36,711 nucleotides of DNA from Archangium sp. (GTDB lineage: Bacteria; Myxococcota; Myxococcia; Myxococcales; Myxococcaceae), in contig JANLPS010000100.1 of NCBI GenBank assembly GCA_031367385.1, forward strand, positions 1-36,711. Reading direction: 5' to 3'. Shown in pieces: positions 26,889-36,252 of this stretch. The translations under genes and the position numbers were made by a program. How positions within the stretch are numbered: the stretch's first letter is position 1; each line of letters opens with the position of its first letter. The notes beneath the pieces are model-generated. The model searched no databases, was not told where the DNA came from, and saw nothing but the letters and a program-made list of their open reading frames with translations.

Positions 26889-28354
26889 TAGTGCGTTCTC
26901 GCCGGCAGTGAGGGGAGCACGGCGCTGGTGGCCATGTCGGGCAGCGCGACGTGCTCATGCGCCGCCGTACCGTGGGCGTCGTGGTGGCCGTGGTGATCTT
27001 CTTCGTCGCGAACCTGCTTGGGAGAGGTCAGCGTGAGCGCCGCCACCGCCAAGATCTCGAGCATGCCGAACAGGGCCAGGTATCGAAGCGAGGGGTCCCA
27101 CAAGATCAAGGCGCCGGTGACGAAGAGGTTGATGAGGCCCGCGGGCAACAAAATCTTCCACCCGAGGCTCTGAATCTGATCGTAGCGAAAGCGGGGAAAA
27201 GTCCACCGCATCACGAGCTGCAGGTAACAGAGCAGCACGACTTTGACCCAGAAGACCGTGCCGTAGATCGCACCGAGCAGGTACTGGTGCTCCTGCAAGA
27301 AGGTCTGACGGCCCATCCATTCTTGGCCGAAGGGCAATGACCAGCCTCCGAAGAAGACCGCGGCCAGCACGCCCGAGAGCACGACCACTTCGACGAACTC
27401 GGAGATCATGAACATGCCGAACTGCATGCCCGAGTACTCGAGGAAGTAACCGACGATCTCTGATTCACCTTCTGGTGAGTCGAAGGGCGCGCGCTTGGTC
27501 TCGGCGAAGGCCGCCGCGAAGAACAAGACGAAGCCCACCGGTTGCAACAGAAACCCCCACTTGGGGATGCCGAGGTCGAAGCCCCCGAGGTTGACCTGCC
27601 AGAGGTATTCAGACTGCTTGATCGACATGCCGGTGTCGCCCGCGAGCTGCACGGTGTCGAACGCCATCATCATGCCGACCAGCGAGAGCCCGAGCGCCAC
27701 TTCGTAGCTGATCATCTGCGACGAGGCGCGAACTCCGCCGAGCAGGGCGAACTTGTTGTTCGATGACCACCCGGCGAGCGAGGTGCCGTACACGGCCAGC
27801 GAGGCGATCGCGAACATGTAGAGCAGCCCGAAGTCGGGGTTCGCCGCGGCCATCACGATGTGCGCGTTTTTCGGCACGCCGTCGATCACGGTCGAGAAGT
27901 CGACGCTGGGCCCCGCCGGCACGATCGCGAACAACGCGAAAACCGGAGCGAAGGCCAACATCGGCGCCAGGTTGAACAAGAATTTGTTCGCCTTGGCCGG
28001 TCGAAAGGCTTCTTTGGTGAGCATCTTCACCACGTCGGTCGCGATGTGCGGCAAGCCGGCGAGCGACATGTTTCGAATGCCCGGCAGGTTGATGCGCGCG
28101 CGGTTCGGGCCCATGCGATCTTGCATGAAGGCCGACCATTTTCGCTCGGCGAGCGTGAGCAGCGTGGCGATCACCATCACGACCGTGACCATCAAGATCA
28201 CCATCGCGACGATGTTCGACCCGCCATGCCAGCCGACGAACTTGAGCAAGTACACTTCGGCGAAGCCAGCGAGCACGTAGGCCGCCAACATGATGCCGAA
28301 AAAGGCACCGATGATGATGGCGATGCCCGTCAGAACCATTGCTACGCGTCCCAT
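26888..28354 (-). CDS. nuoH: NADH-quinone oxidoreductase subunit H
   Basis: '[16 protein letters not shown]', 'QMISYEV', '[16 protein letters not shown]', 'PRFRYDQ'. Confidence 0.96.
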   Translation of the reverse strand: MGRVAMVLTGIAIIIGAFFGIMLAAYVLAGFAEVYLLKFVGWHGGSNIVAMVILMVTVVMVIATLLTLAERKWSAFMQDRMGPNRARINLPGIRNMSLAGLPHIATDVVKMLTKEAFRPAKANKFLFNLAPMLAFAPVFALFAIVPAGPSVDFSTVIDGVPKNAHIVMAAANPDFGLLYMFAIASLAVYGTSLAGWSSNNKFALLGGVRASSQMISYEVALGLSLVGMMMAFDTVQLAGDTGMSIKQSEYLWQVNLGGFDLGIPKWGFLLQPVGFVLFFAAAFAETKRAPFDSPEGESEIVGYFLEYSGMQFGMFMISEFVEVVVLSGVLAAVFFGGWSLPFGQEWMGRQTFLQEHQYLLGAIYGTVFWVKVVLLCYLQLVMRWTFPRFRYDQIQSLGWKILLPAGLINLFVTGALILWDPSLRYLALFGMLEILAVAALTLTSPKQVRDEEDHHGHHDAHGTAAHEHVALPDMATSAVLPSLPARTH

Positions 28355-28355
28355 G

Positions 28356-30113
28356 TCAGGTCGTCCCCTGCGGCGTGGAGAGGCCGCGCATGTTCGGAAT
28401 GCCGTCTTCGCGCCAGCCCGGCGGCCGACCGTCGGCGCCAGAGGCCATCGTGGTGATGCCAGGGCGAATTTTGCTCATCGGTGCCAGCTTGTCCCACGCG
28501 AAGTCTTTGAGCTCGGGCACCGCCGAGGCCATCGAGCGAAACACGTCGCGCGAGCTCATCGCTTTGATCTCGTTGCCCAACTCGAGCGCGAGGTCGACCG
28601 CCCACTTCCAGCTCGGCTGCGCTGCGCCCTTGGGAGGGAATGCACGGCGGAAACGCTGGGTGATGCCGGCTTCTTGCGTGAAGGTGCCTTCGTCTTCGAC
28701 ATGCGAGGTCGTCGCGAGCAGCACGTGGGCCGCGGCGGTGACCTTGCTGGTGTTGGTGGCGTTGACGATGAACAGCTCGAGCTTCTCGGTGCGCTTGGCG
28801 AACACCTCGTCGGCCTCAGGTACGTCGGCCCCGATGGCGTAGAGCGCCTTGATCGTGCCGGCATCGAGCGCCGCGGTGAGATCGGTGAAGGGCTTGACCG
28901 CCAAGCCATAGGCCGCGGCGATCCACTCCAGGCCTTTGCGGTTGGGGTTCTTGTCGGCCTGCATCAAGAAGAAGTCGGCGGCTCCGGCAGGGCGACCCGA
29001 GACGTAGATCTGCTTGGCCTTGAGCACGTCGCGCGCGAAGGCGAGGCCCGCGAGCAGGTCTTCGTTCGAGGCGACCGGAGAAGCCATCACCGCGACGCCA
29101 CCCGCCAACGGCTGCAGCTTCATCGCCGCGTATTTCACGGCTTCGGCGTTGCTGGCCTCTCGCGAGTCGGCGCCGCGACCGAGCACCGAGCTGAGCACGC
29201 GGTTCTGGTTGATTTGCTTGTACGAGAGCCGGCCTTCGTCACACATCCAGCTCTTGTTGATCGCTTCGTTTTCACGCGGGCGGTAGCGGTAGACGTCTTG
29301 GCCCATGAAGTCGGTGAAGGTCGAGCAGCCTCGCGAGCAACCGGTGCAGACGCTCGGAGCGGCCGAGAGAAACCAGGCGCGGGCGCGAAAGCGAAAGTCA
29401 CGGTTGAGCAGGGCGCCGACCGGGCAGATGTCGACGATGTTGCCGCTGTAGTTCGAGTCGAGCTTGCCGAAGTGCGGAGCGACATCGATGACCTCGTGCG
29501 AGCCGCGGCCGAACACGCCGAGCTGCGGGGCCTTGGCCACCTCGTCCATGAACCTGACGCAGCGGGTGCAGAGCACGCAGCGCTCTTGGTCGAGCACCAC
29601 CAGATCGCCCAACACCTTGCGCTTGTTGCGCAGAATCTTGCCGCCCTCGAGCTTGGTCGGCTTGAAGTCGTACCGCATGTAATAGTCTTGCAGCTTGCAC
29701 TCACCAGCTTGATCGCAGATCGAGCAGTCGACCGGGTGGTTGAGCAGCAAGAACTCCATCACGCTGCGCTGAGAATCTCTGACCTTGTCGGTCGTCGTCT
29801 TGATCGCCACGCCTTCGCCGATTGCGGTCTGGCAGGCGGGTACGAGCTTGCCCGGAGGCGCGCCCGATGACTCGACCAGGCACATGCGGCAGTTGGCCGC
29901 GATGGTCAGGCGAGGGTGGTAGCAGTAGTACGGTATCTCGACGCCGACCTGCTTGACCGCCTCGACCATGTTGGTGCCCGGCTTGGCGATGACCTCTTTG
30001 CCGTCGACCGTGAAGGTCACCATGCCCGGGTTCTTCGGCGGAGGCGGTGCCGGTGGCCCCGCGGGAGGCGGCGGCTTGGGCGGCGCGGCTTCGACCTTCT
30101 TGTCATCGCTCAT
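28356..30113 (-). CDS. nuoG: NADH-quinone oxidoreductase subunit G (short form)
   Basis: N1b 'CYHPRL...CRMCLVE...C', N5 'HPVDCSICDQAGEC', N4 'CVLCTRC...CP', N7-type 'CTGCSRGC...C'. Confidence 0.92.
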   Translation of the reverse strand: MSDDKKVEAAPPKPPPPAGPPAPPPPKNPGMVTFTVDGKEVIAKPGTNMVEAVKQVGVEIPYYCYHPRLTIAANCRMCLVESSGAPPGKLVPACQTAIGEGVAIKTTTDKVRDSQRSVMEFLLLNHPVDCSICDQAGECKLQDYYMRYDFKPTKLEGGKILRNKRKVLGDLVVLDQERCVLCTRCVRFMDEVAKAPQLGVFGRGSHEVIDVAPHFGKLDSNYSGNIVDICPVGALLNRDFRFRARAWFLSAAPSVCTGCSRGCSTFTDFMGQDVYRYRPRENEAINKSWMCDEGRLSYKQINQNRVLSSVLGRGADSREASNAEAVKYAAMKLQPLAGGVAVMASPVASNEDLLAGLAFARDVLKAKQIYVSGRPAGAADFFLMQADKNPNRKGLEWIAAAYGLAVKPFTDLTAALDAGTIKALYAIGADVPEADEVFAKRTEKLELFIVNATNTSKVTAAAHVLLATTSHVEDEGTFTQEAGITQRFRRAFPPKGAAQPSWKWAVDLALELGNEIKAMSSRDVFRSMASAVPELKDFAWDKLAPMSKIRPGITTMASGADGRPPGWREDGIPNMRGLSTPQGTT

Positions 30114-31336
30114 TGTTCGACCTCTCCACCGATCATGTTGATGGTGTCGAAAGTGGGTATGAGATCGGCCAGCATCTTGCCTTCACACATGCGCTTGAGC
30201 CCCGAGAGAATTTGAAAACCAGGTGCGCGAACGTGGCACTTGTACGGGCGCCCGCTGCCGTCGCTGCGCAGGTACCAGCCGAGCTCGCCATTGGGAGATT
30301 CGGTCGAGTGGTAGACCTCGCCGGGGGGCACCGGTACGCCCTCCATCACGAGCTTGAAGTGCGCGATCACGCCTTCAATTGAGGAGTACACGTCTTCTTT
30401 CGGAGGCAAGGCGATGCGCCAGTCTTCGATCATCACCGGGCCCGGCTGCATCTTGGCGAAGCACTGGCGAATCATCGAGATCGACTCTTTGATCTCCATG
30501 ATGCGCAGGTAGTAGCGATCGAAGTTGTCGCCGTTGTGGCCGACCGCGGTCTTGAACTCGAGCTTGCTGTAGACCCAGTACGGTTTGGCTTTGCGAATGT
30601 CGTAGTCGACGCCGCACGCGCGCAGGCAGGGGCCGGTGAAGCCGAAGTCGAGCGCGTCTTCGGTGGTGACGACGCCGGTGCCGCGGGTGCGGTCGGTGAA
30701 GATGCGGTTGCGGGTGAGCAGCGCGTCGACTTCTGAGGCCAGCTCTTCGACCTTGATCAGGGTCTTGGTGACCTTCTCGACCCACCCTGGGGGCAAGTCG
30801 CGGTTCACGCCGCCGATGCGGCCGAAGCTGGTGGTGAGGCGGGCGCCGGTCAATTCGGTCACGCGGTCGGTGAGCAGCTCGCGGGCTTCGAGGGCGTACA
30901 AGAAGGCGGTGAAGCCTCCGAGCTCGAGGCCGAGGGCGCCGGCGGTGGTCAGGTGGCTGGCGAGCCGGTGCATTTCAGCGCCGATCACGCGAATGTACTG
31001 CGCGCGCTCGGGTATCTCGACGCCCATCAAGGTCTCGACCGCGGTCAGGTACCCGAAGTTGTTCGCGAGCGCGGCCACGTAATCGAGGCGGTCGGTGTAG
31101 GGCAGCACCTGCGTCCAGGTCACGTTCTCGCACGACTTCTGAAAGCCCCGGTGCAGAAAGCCGATCTCAGGGTCCATCGAGACGATGGTTTCTCCGTCGA
31201 GCTCGATGCGAAGGCGTACCGTGCCGTGTGTCGCGGGGTGCGAGGGGCCCAAGTTGACGACCATGTTGCGCGTCTGCAGGTGCGCCTCGAGCTCGTCTTC
31301 GCTCGGTGTCGGGTCGTATTCGTCGCCGGATGCCAT
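30110..31336 (-). CDS. nuoD: NADH-quinone oxidoreductase subunit D
   Basis: 'NLGPSHPATHG', 'GFLHRG', 'DRLDY', 'ESPNGELG'; GAGGGA RBS before ATG 31336. Confidence 0.96.
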   Translation of the reverse strand: MASGDEYDPTPSEDELEAHLQTRNMVVNLGPSHPATHGTVRLRIELDGETIVSMDPEIGFLHRGFQKSCENVTWTQVLPYTDRLDYVAALANNFGYLTAVETLMGVEIPERAQYIRVIGAEMHRLASHLTTAGALGLELGGFTAFLYALEARELLTDRVTELTGARLTTSFGRIGGVNRDLPPGWVEKVTKTLIKVEELASEVDALLTRNRIFTDRTRGTGVVTTEDALDFGFTGPCLRACGVDYDIRKAKPYWVYSKLEFKTAVGHNGDNFDRYYLRIMEIKESISMIRQCFAKMQPGPVMIEDWRIALPPKEDVYSSIEGVIAHFKLVMEGVPVPPGEVYHSTESPNGELGWYLRSDGSGRPYKCHVRAPGFQILSGLKRMCEGKMLADLIPTFDTINMIGGEVEQ

Positions 31337-31379
31337 CGGTTGTTCCCTCGTGTCGTTTTGAAGAAGCGGTTGGTCCTCG

Positions 31380-31406
31380 TTCACCCTGAGTCGCTCGAAG
31401 GGTGAA
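31380..31406. other. Intercistronic stem-loop between nuoC and nuoD
   Basis: TTCACCCT...AGGGTGAA 8-bp arms with inner GAG/CTC pairing. Confidence 0.55.
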
Positions 31407-31419
31407 GCGAAAGAAAGAA

Positions 31420-31953
31420 TTAGTCCTGCACGCCGTTGGTGCCGGGGCCGCGAAAGATGTCGCGAATGGGGCGCTCGGGTATCAGCGGCTGTCGGCCGCG
31501 CAGCGGGTAGTCTTTGCGCAGCGGGTGGCCCTTGAATTCTTCGTAGGTCAGCATGCGACGCAGGTCGCCGTGGCCCGCGAAGCCGATGCCGTAAAAGTCC
31601 CACACCAGGCGCTCGGCCCAGTTGGCGCCTTGAAAGACCGCGCGAATCGAGGGCACGTCAGCGCCCTCGGCGACGCGCACCTTGAGGCGGGCGTGCTCGT
31701 TTCGCTCGACGTTCTTGAAGAAGTAGACGACCTCGAACCGCGGCTCTTGCTGCTCGGGCGGCAGATGCAGGCAATCGACCGCGTCCATCGAGATGAAGAG
31801 TCGAAAGCCCAGACGCTCTTTGAGCAGGGTCGCGACGGTCTTGATGTGCTCGGGTTTGATGACGCCCCACACCTCGCCGGCGCGATCGGTGTAACGCTCA
31901 GCGAGCGCATCGGGGAGCTGCGCTTGAATCTGGTCCAGCGCGAAGATGCTCAC
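31420..31953 (-). CDS. nuoC: NADH-quinone oxidoreductase subunit C
   Basis: 'RFEVVY', 'ANWAERLVWDFYGIGF', 'GHPLRKDYPL'; GTG 31953 after GAGGT. Confidence 0.94.
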   Translation of the reverse strand: MSIFALDQIQAQLPDALAERYTDRAGEVWGVIKPEHIKTVATLLKERLGFRLFISMDAVDCLHLPPEQQEPRFEVVYFFKNVERNEHARLKVRVAEGADVPSIRAVFQGANWAERLVWDFYGIGFAGHGDLRRMLTYEEFKGHPLRKDYPLRGRQPLIPERPIRDIFRGPGTNGVQD

Positions 31954-32134
31954 GTGGGTGACCTCAAAAACCAAGTAGGGGTGCCGCTGCGGTTTATCGG
32001 CAGCGACCCCTCGGGTCAACGTGATTTCTCTCGTGAGATTGGGTGTTTAGGCGGGCGCATGCGTGCTGGTAGCGGCGCTGAAACCGGCCGGCCGAAAAGT
32101 AGCGCGGCTTCAGGCCTGTGGCACCTTGCAGCAC

Positions 32135-32515
32135 ATGCACGAACGACGAGCGCCCACCGAACGCCGCAGCCGCCCCAAGGTCTCTGATCGCAGAAACGAA
32201 GAGCGCCGCGATTCTCCGAGAACCGTCATCGCGTACGACTTCAAAGAGCCCGGGGGCACCTGGCGCTCGACCCTGGGTGATCTCTCGGTCGAGGGGGCCG
32301 CCTTCATCACCACCGCACCCCCCGCGGGCAATGTCGTCGTGCTGAAGGTCTCTATACCTACATTCACCGTGCCTATTATCGCCATAGGTACAATCGTCTC
32401 GCGGGTGGGGCAGGTCGAGGGCGCGAAGCTGGGGTTGGTGTTCACCGACATCGACGTCGAGGCCCAATTGGCCATCGCCGAGTGGGTCGAGTTCAGGGCG
32501 CGAGCGAACGCCTGA
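32135..32515 (+). CDS. PilZ domain protein (c-di-GMP receptor)
   Basis: RxxxR 'RRDSPR' and DxSxxG 'DLSVEG' motifs, followed by 'GLVF'. Confidence 0.88.
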   Translation: MHERRAPTERRSRPKVSDRRNEERRDSPRTVIAYDFKEPGGTWRSTLGDLSVEGAAFITTAPPAGNVVVLKVSIPTFTVPIIAIGTIVSRVGQVEGAKLGLVFTDIDVEAQLAIAEWVEFRARANA

Positions 32516-32612
32516 GCCGGGTCGATGCTGAGGCGCACCGCCATGGTGAGCGCCCCTGGCACGGTGTGACGTAAAATTGTGCCGCGATTTCGAGCCCTTG
32601 GGTCGGGTCACG

Positions 32613-32628
32613 CGGCTCACGCTATGCA
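32613..32628 (+). promoter_or_regulatory. Possible sigma-54 promoter for the PA2169-family gene
   Basis: CGGCTCACGCTATGCA has GG-N10-GC spacing but weaker flanks. Confidence 0.35.
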
Positions 32629-32665
32629 CACCCCTTGTGTACACATCACTCGCAACGGGGGCACC

Positions 32666-33133
32666 ATGGCCTTTGAAAAACCATCGCCTGACTCCATTGA
32701 AGCGCTCAATGAGTTTCTTCGAGGAGAGATCACCGCATCAGAGACGTACCGCATCGCGCTCGACAAGTTGGAGCGGGGAAGCAAAGCGCGCTCGCAGCTC
32801 GAGGCCGCTCGGGCTTCGCACATTCAGCGCGTGCGCAAGCTGCAGACCCGAATTCGCGACCTGGGCGGCATACCCGCGCAGAGCGGCGGGGCCTGGGGTG
32901 GCATTGCCAAGTCGGTTGAAGCCGGAGCGTCATTGATCGGCGAGAGGGCCGCCGTCACGGTGCTCGAGCAGGGCGAGGATCATGGCCTCAAGTGCTACCG
33001 CGAAGACTTGACCCGGCTGACCGGGCCGAGCCACGAGTTTCTGGTCAACAACCTGCTGCCGAAGCAGTTCGAGAGCCACAAGCTGCTCAGTGCGCTGAAG
33101 CACACGCTGGTTGGCCCTCAGCAGCAGAGCTGA
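32666..33133 (+). CDS. PA2169/DUF2383 family four-helix-bundle (ferritin-like) protein
   Basis: 'LNEFLRGEITASETY', 'LGGIP', 'LEQGEDHGLKCY'. Confidence 0.85.
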   Translation: MAFEKPSPDSIEALNEFLRGEITASETYRIALDKLERGSKARSQLEAARASHIQRVRKLQTRIRDLGGIPAQSGGAWGGIAKSVEAGASLIGERAAVTVLEQGEDHGLKCYREDLTRLTGPSHEFLVNNLLPKQFESHKLLSALKHTLVGPQQQS

Positions 33134-33136
33134 AGA

Positions 33137-34546
33137 TCAGGGCTTCGGCGCCTGCAGGCCGCGTGAGTACTCGACGATGGCTTCGAAGATGCCGTCGACG
33201 AAAGCGCGCTCGAGGCCGAGCTCGTTGGCCCACAGCCGTCGGCTCTCGAAGAGCGCCTCTTCACGGGCAGGGTCACGCACCGGCTTGCCCGCTTGCGCCT
33301 TGGCTGTTGCCACGGTCTTCATCAACTGCGCGCGGTGCTGCAGCAGCATGATCAGCCTGCGGTCGAGCCCATCAATCGACGCCCGGGCCTGGGTGAGCAT
33401 TTCGGCGGGCTCGGTGGGTACGATTGGCTGGCGAGATCTCGCGCGCGTCGCGAGCTCGACGCGCCGCACGTAGGTCTCTCTGACCAGGCGAAGGTCTTCA
33501 GCGAAGTGCTCGAGCTCATCGAGGGTGAGCGCTTGCGGCCCATCGCAGAGGGCCTGCGTCGGGTGAGGGTGCACGTCGACCAGCACCATGTTCGCGCCGG
33601 CGACGACTCCCTGGGCGCTGACGTGGTGAATGTCTGACAGCCCATCGGGGCCGATGGCTTTCTTGCCGACCGAGTGCGACGGGTCGACGCAGACGGGTAA
33701 GCGGGTCATGCGCTTGACGACGGGCACGTGCGAGAAGTCGACGAAGTTGCGGTGCGGGTCGCCCAGGTTGGTCTTCATGCCGCGCAAGCCGAAGATGATT
33801 CGGTGGTTGCCGCTGGCCGCCACGTACTCGACGGCGTTGAGCGATTCTTCGAGGGTAATGCCCATGCCGCGCTTGAACAGCACGGGGTAGTCATTCTGTT
33901 GCCCGACTTCTTTGAGCAGCTCGAAGTTCTGAGCGTTGCGCGTGCCGATTTGCAACATCACGCCGGTCGGGTTGCCAGTGGCCGCGAGCGCGGTGCGAAT
34001 GTCGTCGACGTGCTGTTCTTTGAGCACCTCCATCGCGATGACCTTGATGCCGTACTTGCCCGCGAGCTCGAAGACGTAGGGCAGGCACTTCGCGCCCTGG
34101 CCCTGAAACTCATAGGGGCTCGTGCGTGGCTTGAAGGCACCGGCGCGGGTGGTCTGAATGCCATTCGCCTGCAGCGCCTTGAAGGTGGCTTCGACGTTCT
34201 CTTTGGTGTCGACGGCGCAGAGGCCGGCGAAGATGTGAAAGGTGTCTTGGGTGAACTGCAGGCCGTTGTAGTCGAAGCCTACCGACTCGGCCTTGCCCTC
34301 GTGGCGCCCGACGGCCCGGTAGCGCTCGCGAACCCGAATCACCCGCTCGACGCCCGGCAGTGCTTCGAACAGCTCGGTGCCGACGGCCGCGGTCTCGCCG
34401 AGCAGGTGCAGCTCGATCAACGAGCGGGTGGCGCCTTCGGTGTGCTGCACATCGACTTTGATGCCGGTCTGGCGACTGGCCAGCTCGACGACGGTCTTGA
34501 CCTCAGCGCCATCGAGCCTGATGGCGGGTTTCATGACGATGATCAT
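33137..34546 (-). CDS. aroF: Type I-beta DAHP synthase with N-terminal ACT-like domain and C-terminal chorismate mutase
   Basis: 'MIIVMKP...LPGVERVIRV' ACT-like domain; 'KPRTSPYEFQG', 'QIGTRNAQNF', 'KRG', 'DPSH'; AroQ 'RASIDGLDRRLIMLL...K...VRDPARE'; ATGA overlap with the upstream gene. Confidence 0.9.
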   Translation of the reverse strand: MIIVMKPAIRLDGAEVKTVVELASRQTGIKVDVQHTEGATRSLIELHLLGETAAVGTELFEALPGVERVIRVRERYRAVGRHEGKAESVGFDYNGLQFTQDTFHIFAGLCAVDTKENVEATFKALQANGIQTTRAGAFKPRTSPYEFQGQGAKCLPYVFELAGKYGIKVIAMEVLKEQHVDDIRTALAATGNPTGVMLQIGTRNAQNFELLKEVGQQNDYPVLFKRGMGITLEESLNAVEYVAASGNHRIIFGLRGMKTNLGDPHRNFVDFSHVPVVKRMTRLPVCVDPSHSVGKKAIGPDGLSDIHHVSAQGVVAGANMVLVDVHPHPTQALCDGPQALTLDELEHFAEDLRLVRETYVRRVELATRARSRQPIVPTEPAEMLTQARASIDGLDRRLIMLLQHRAQLMKTVATAKAQAGKPVRDPAREEALFESRRLWANELGLERAFVDGIFEAIVEYSRGLQAPKP

Positions 34547-35724
34547 CGGGTGCTTTCTTTGGGCAACTGCTGTGAAAATCGTTCGAACGAACGTAACGCG
34601 CGCTCGAGGGTTTCGTCTGACGTCGCGAACGAGAGCCGAATGAACCCTTCTCCGGCCTCGCCGAACGCGGTGCCGGGTACCACCGCGACCTGGTGTCGCT
34701 CGAGCAGCGCGGCCGCGACGGCCTGCGCGCGGAGGCCAGTGCCGCGCACATCGACGAAAGCGTAAAAGGCGCCGTCGGGCAGCGGGCAGCGAAAACCATT
34801 CATGGCGTTTATCGCCATGCATATGAGTTGCCGGCGGCGGGCCCACGCCCCGACCATGTCGTCGACCAGACTTCGCGGGCTGTTCAGCGCTGCGAGTGCG
34901 CCTGCCTGGCCAAAGCCGCTCAAGCAGGTCGCCGAGTGCCCGTGCACCTTTGCGGCGGCGGCCACCATGTCGGCGGGGCCCGCCAGATACCCGATGCGCC
35001 ACCCGGTCATCGCGTAGGCCTTCGAGAACCCGTTCACGGTGAGTGTTCGCTCGGCCATACCGGGCAGTGAGGCGAGGCTGACGTGGCGATGCGGGGGGTA
35101 GATCACCCGCTCGTAGATCTCATCAGAGAGCACGATCAGATCATGCGCGATGGCGGTGTCGACGATCGCGGCACGCTCGTCGTCATCGAGCACGCGGCCG
35201 GTGGGGTTGCAGGGTGAGTTGACGATGAGCAGCCTGGCCTTCGGCGTCACTGCCGCCTCGAGTGCCACGCGAGTCAGACGAAAGTTCGGGCCCAAGGGCA
35301 CCGAGCGAACGGTGCCTCCGGCGAGCTCGACCATCGGGCGAAATGAAACCCAAGCGGGCTCGGGTAACAGCACTTCGACCCCTGGCTCGACCAACGCCTG
35401 AATCGCGACGAAGAGCGCGGCCTTGCCGCCTGGAGTCACGAGCACCTGTGACGCGGCCACTTCGATGCCGTTGTCAGCCATGAGCTTGGCGGCGATGGCG
35501 TCGCGCAGGGCAGGCACTCCGGAGGGGCTGACGTAATGTGTGTCACCCGCGTCGAGCGCTGCCTTGGCCGCCGCTCGTATGGGTTCTGGGGTTGCGAAGT
35601 CGGGGTCACCGGTGGCCAGGTCGAGCACATCGTGCCCCGCGGCTCGGAGGGCTCGAGCTCGCTCGGAGATCGCCATCGTTGGCGAGCTCGCGAGGTTCGC
35701 TACGCGGTGGACGATGGCTTTCAC
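34543..35724 (-). CDS. PLP-dependent class I aminotransferase (aspartate/aromatic type)
   Basis: 'GDPDF', 'NSPCNPTG', 'SDEIY', 'GFSKAYAMTGWRIGY'; GTG 35724 with TACAGT 7 nt upstream. Confidence 0.92.
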   Translation of the reverse strand: MKAIVHRVANLASSPTMAISERARALRAAGHDVLDLATGDPDFATPEPIRAAAKAALDAGDTHYVSPSGVPALRDAIAAKLMADNGIEVAASQVLVTPGGKAALFVAIQALVEPGVEVLLPEPAWVSFRPMVELAGGTVRSVPLGPNFRLTRVALEAAVTPKARLLIVNSPCNPTGRVLDDDERAAIVDTAIAHDLIVLSDEIYERVIYPPHRHVSLASLPGMAERTLTVNGFSKAYAMTGWRIGYLAGPADMVAAAAKVHGHSATCLSGFGQAGALAALNSPRSLVDDMVGAWARRRQLICMAINAMNGFRCPLPDGAFYAFVDVRGTGLRAQAVAAALLERHQVAVVPGTAFGEAGEGFIRLSFATSDETLERALRSFERFSQQLPKESTR

Positions 35725-35820
35725 CGGCGGCACTGTACGACGCGTGGCGTCAGAGCGAGCAGGGTTTGCGCTGACCGACGTCATTGCCGGGTAGGCGTTG
35801 GGCGCACAGCAGCGCGAGGG

Positions 35821-36252
35821 TCACCGGGCTCCGGCCACGAGCCCCATGGCCGCGTACCACTCGAGCAGGCTCTCTATGAAAGCGGTCACGCGCTTCTCCT
35901 CCGAAAACCACTCGATGGGCGGCGTGTTGTTGCGCTGCCAGACCACGGGGTCTTCGTCACGCAGATCTTCTCGCGCGATGCCCCAGCTGACCACGCCCTG
36001 ATGCTCCTCCATGAAGATCAGGTGCCGCGCATCGAGCTGAAGCTGCTCATCAGAAAGTACCTGGTGGTGCCCCCGAACGATGACGTCGATGGAGCCGAGG
36101 GTTGAATAGAAGGCACGAAGCGCCGCGGGCAGCGGCACGCCGAGGCGCCAATCTGCTGCCGAAACCAGCGCCGGTGCGAGGCCATCGGCTGGCGACCACG
36201 ATCGATCGATGAAGGCAGGCACGAGCTCTTTGAAGTGGGCCTCAAAATCCAT
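35821..36252 (-). CDS. SMI1/KNR4 (SUKH) family protein
   Basis: 'GLAPALVSAADWRLGVPLPAALRAFY' SMI1 N-terminal signature; 'EEHQGV..W'; 'DPVVW'. Confidence 0.75.
   Translation of the reverse strand: MDFEAHFKELVPAFIDRSWSPADGLAPALVSAADWRLGVPLPAALRAFYSTLGSIDVIVRGHHQVLSDEQLQLDARHLIFMEEHQGVVSWGIAREDLRDEDPVVWQRNNTPPIEWFSEEKRVTAFIESLLEWYAAMGLVAGAR

Noticed and set aside
28290..29870. Long antisense ORFs (e.g. 526 aa here; also 954-2147, 3011-4159, 18904-20028, 33728-34765)
   Set aside because: Shadow ORFs typical of high-GC codon bias, lying opposite clearly identifiable genes.
31337..31603. Upstream extension of the nuoD frame suggesting a frameshifted nuoCD fusion
   Set aside because: nuoC is complete with its own TAA, nuoD has its own RBS and ATG, and the extension translates to nonsense-like sequence.
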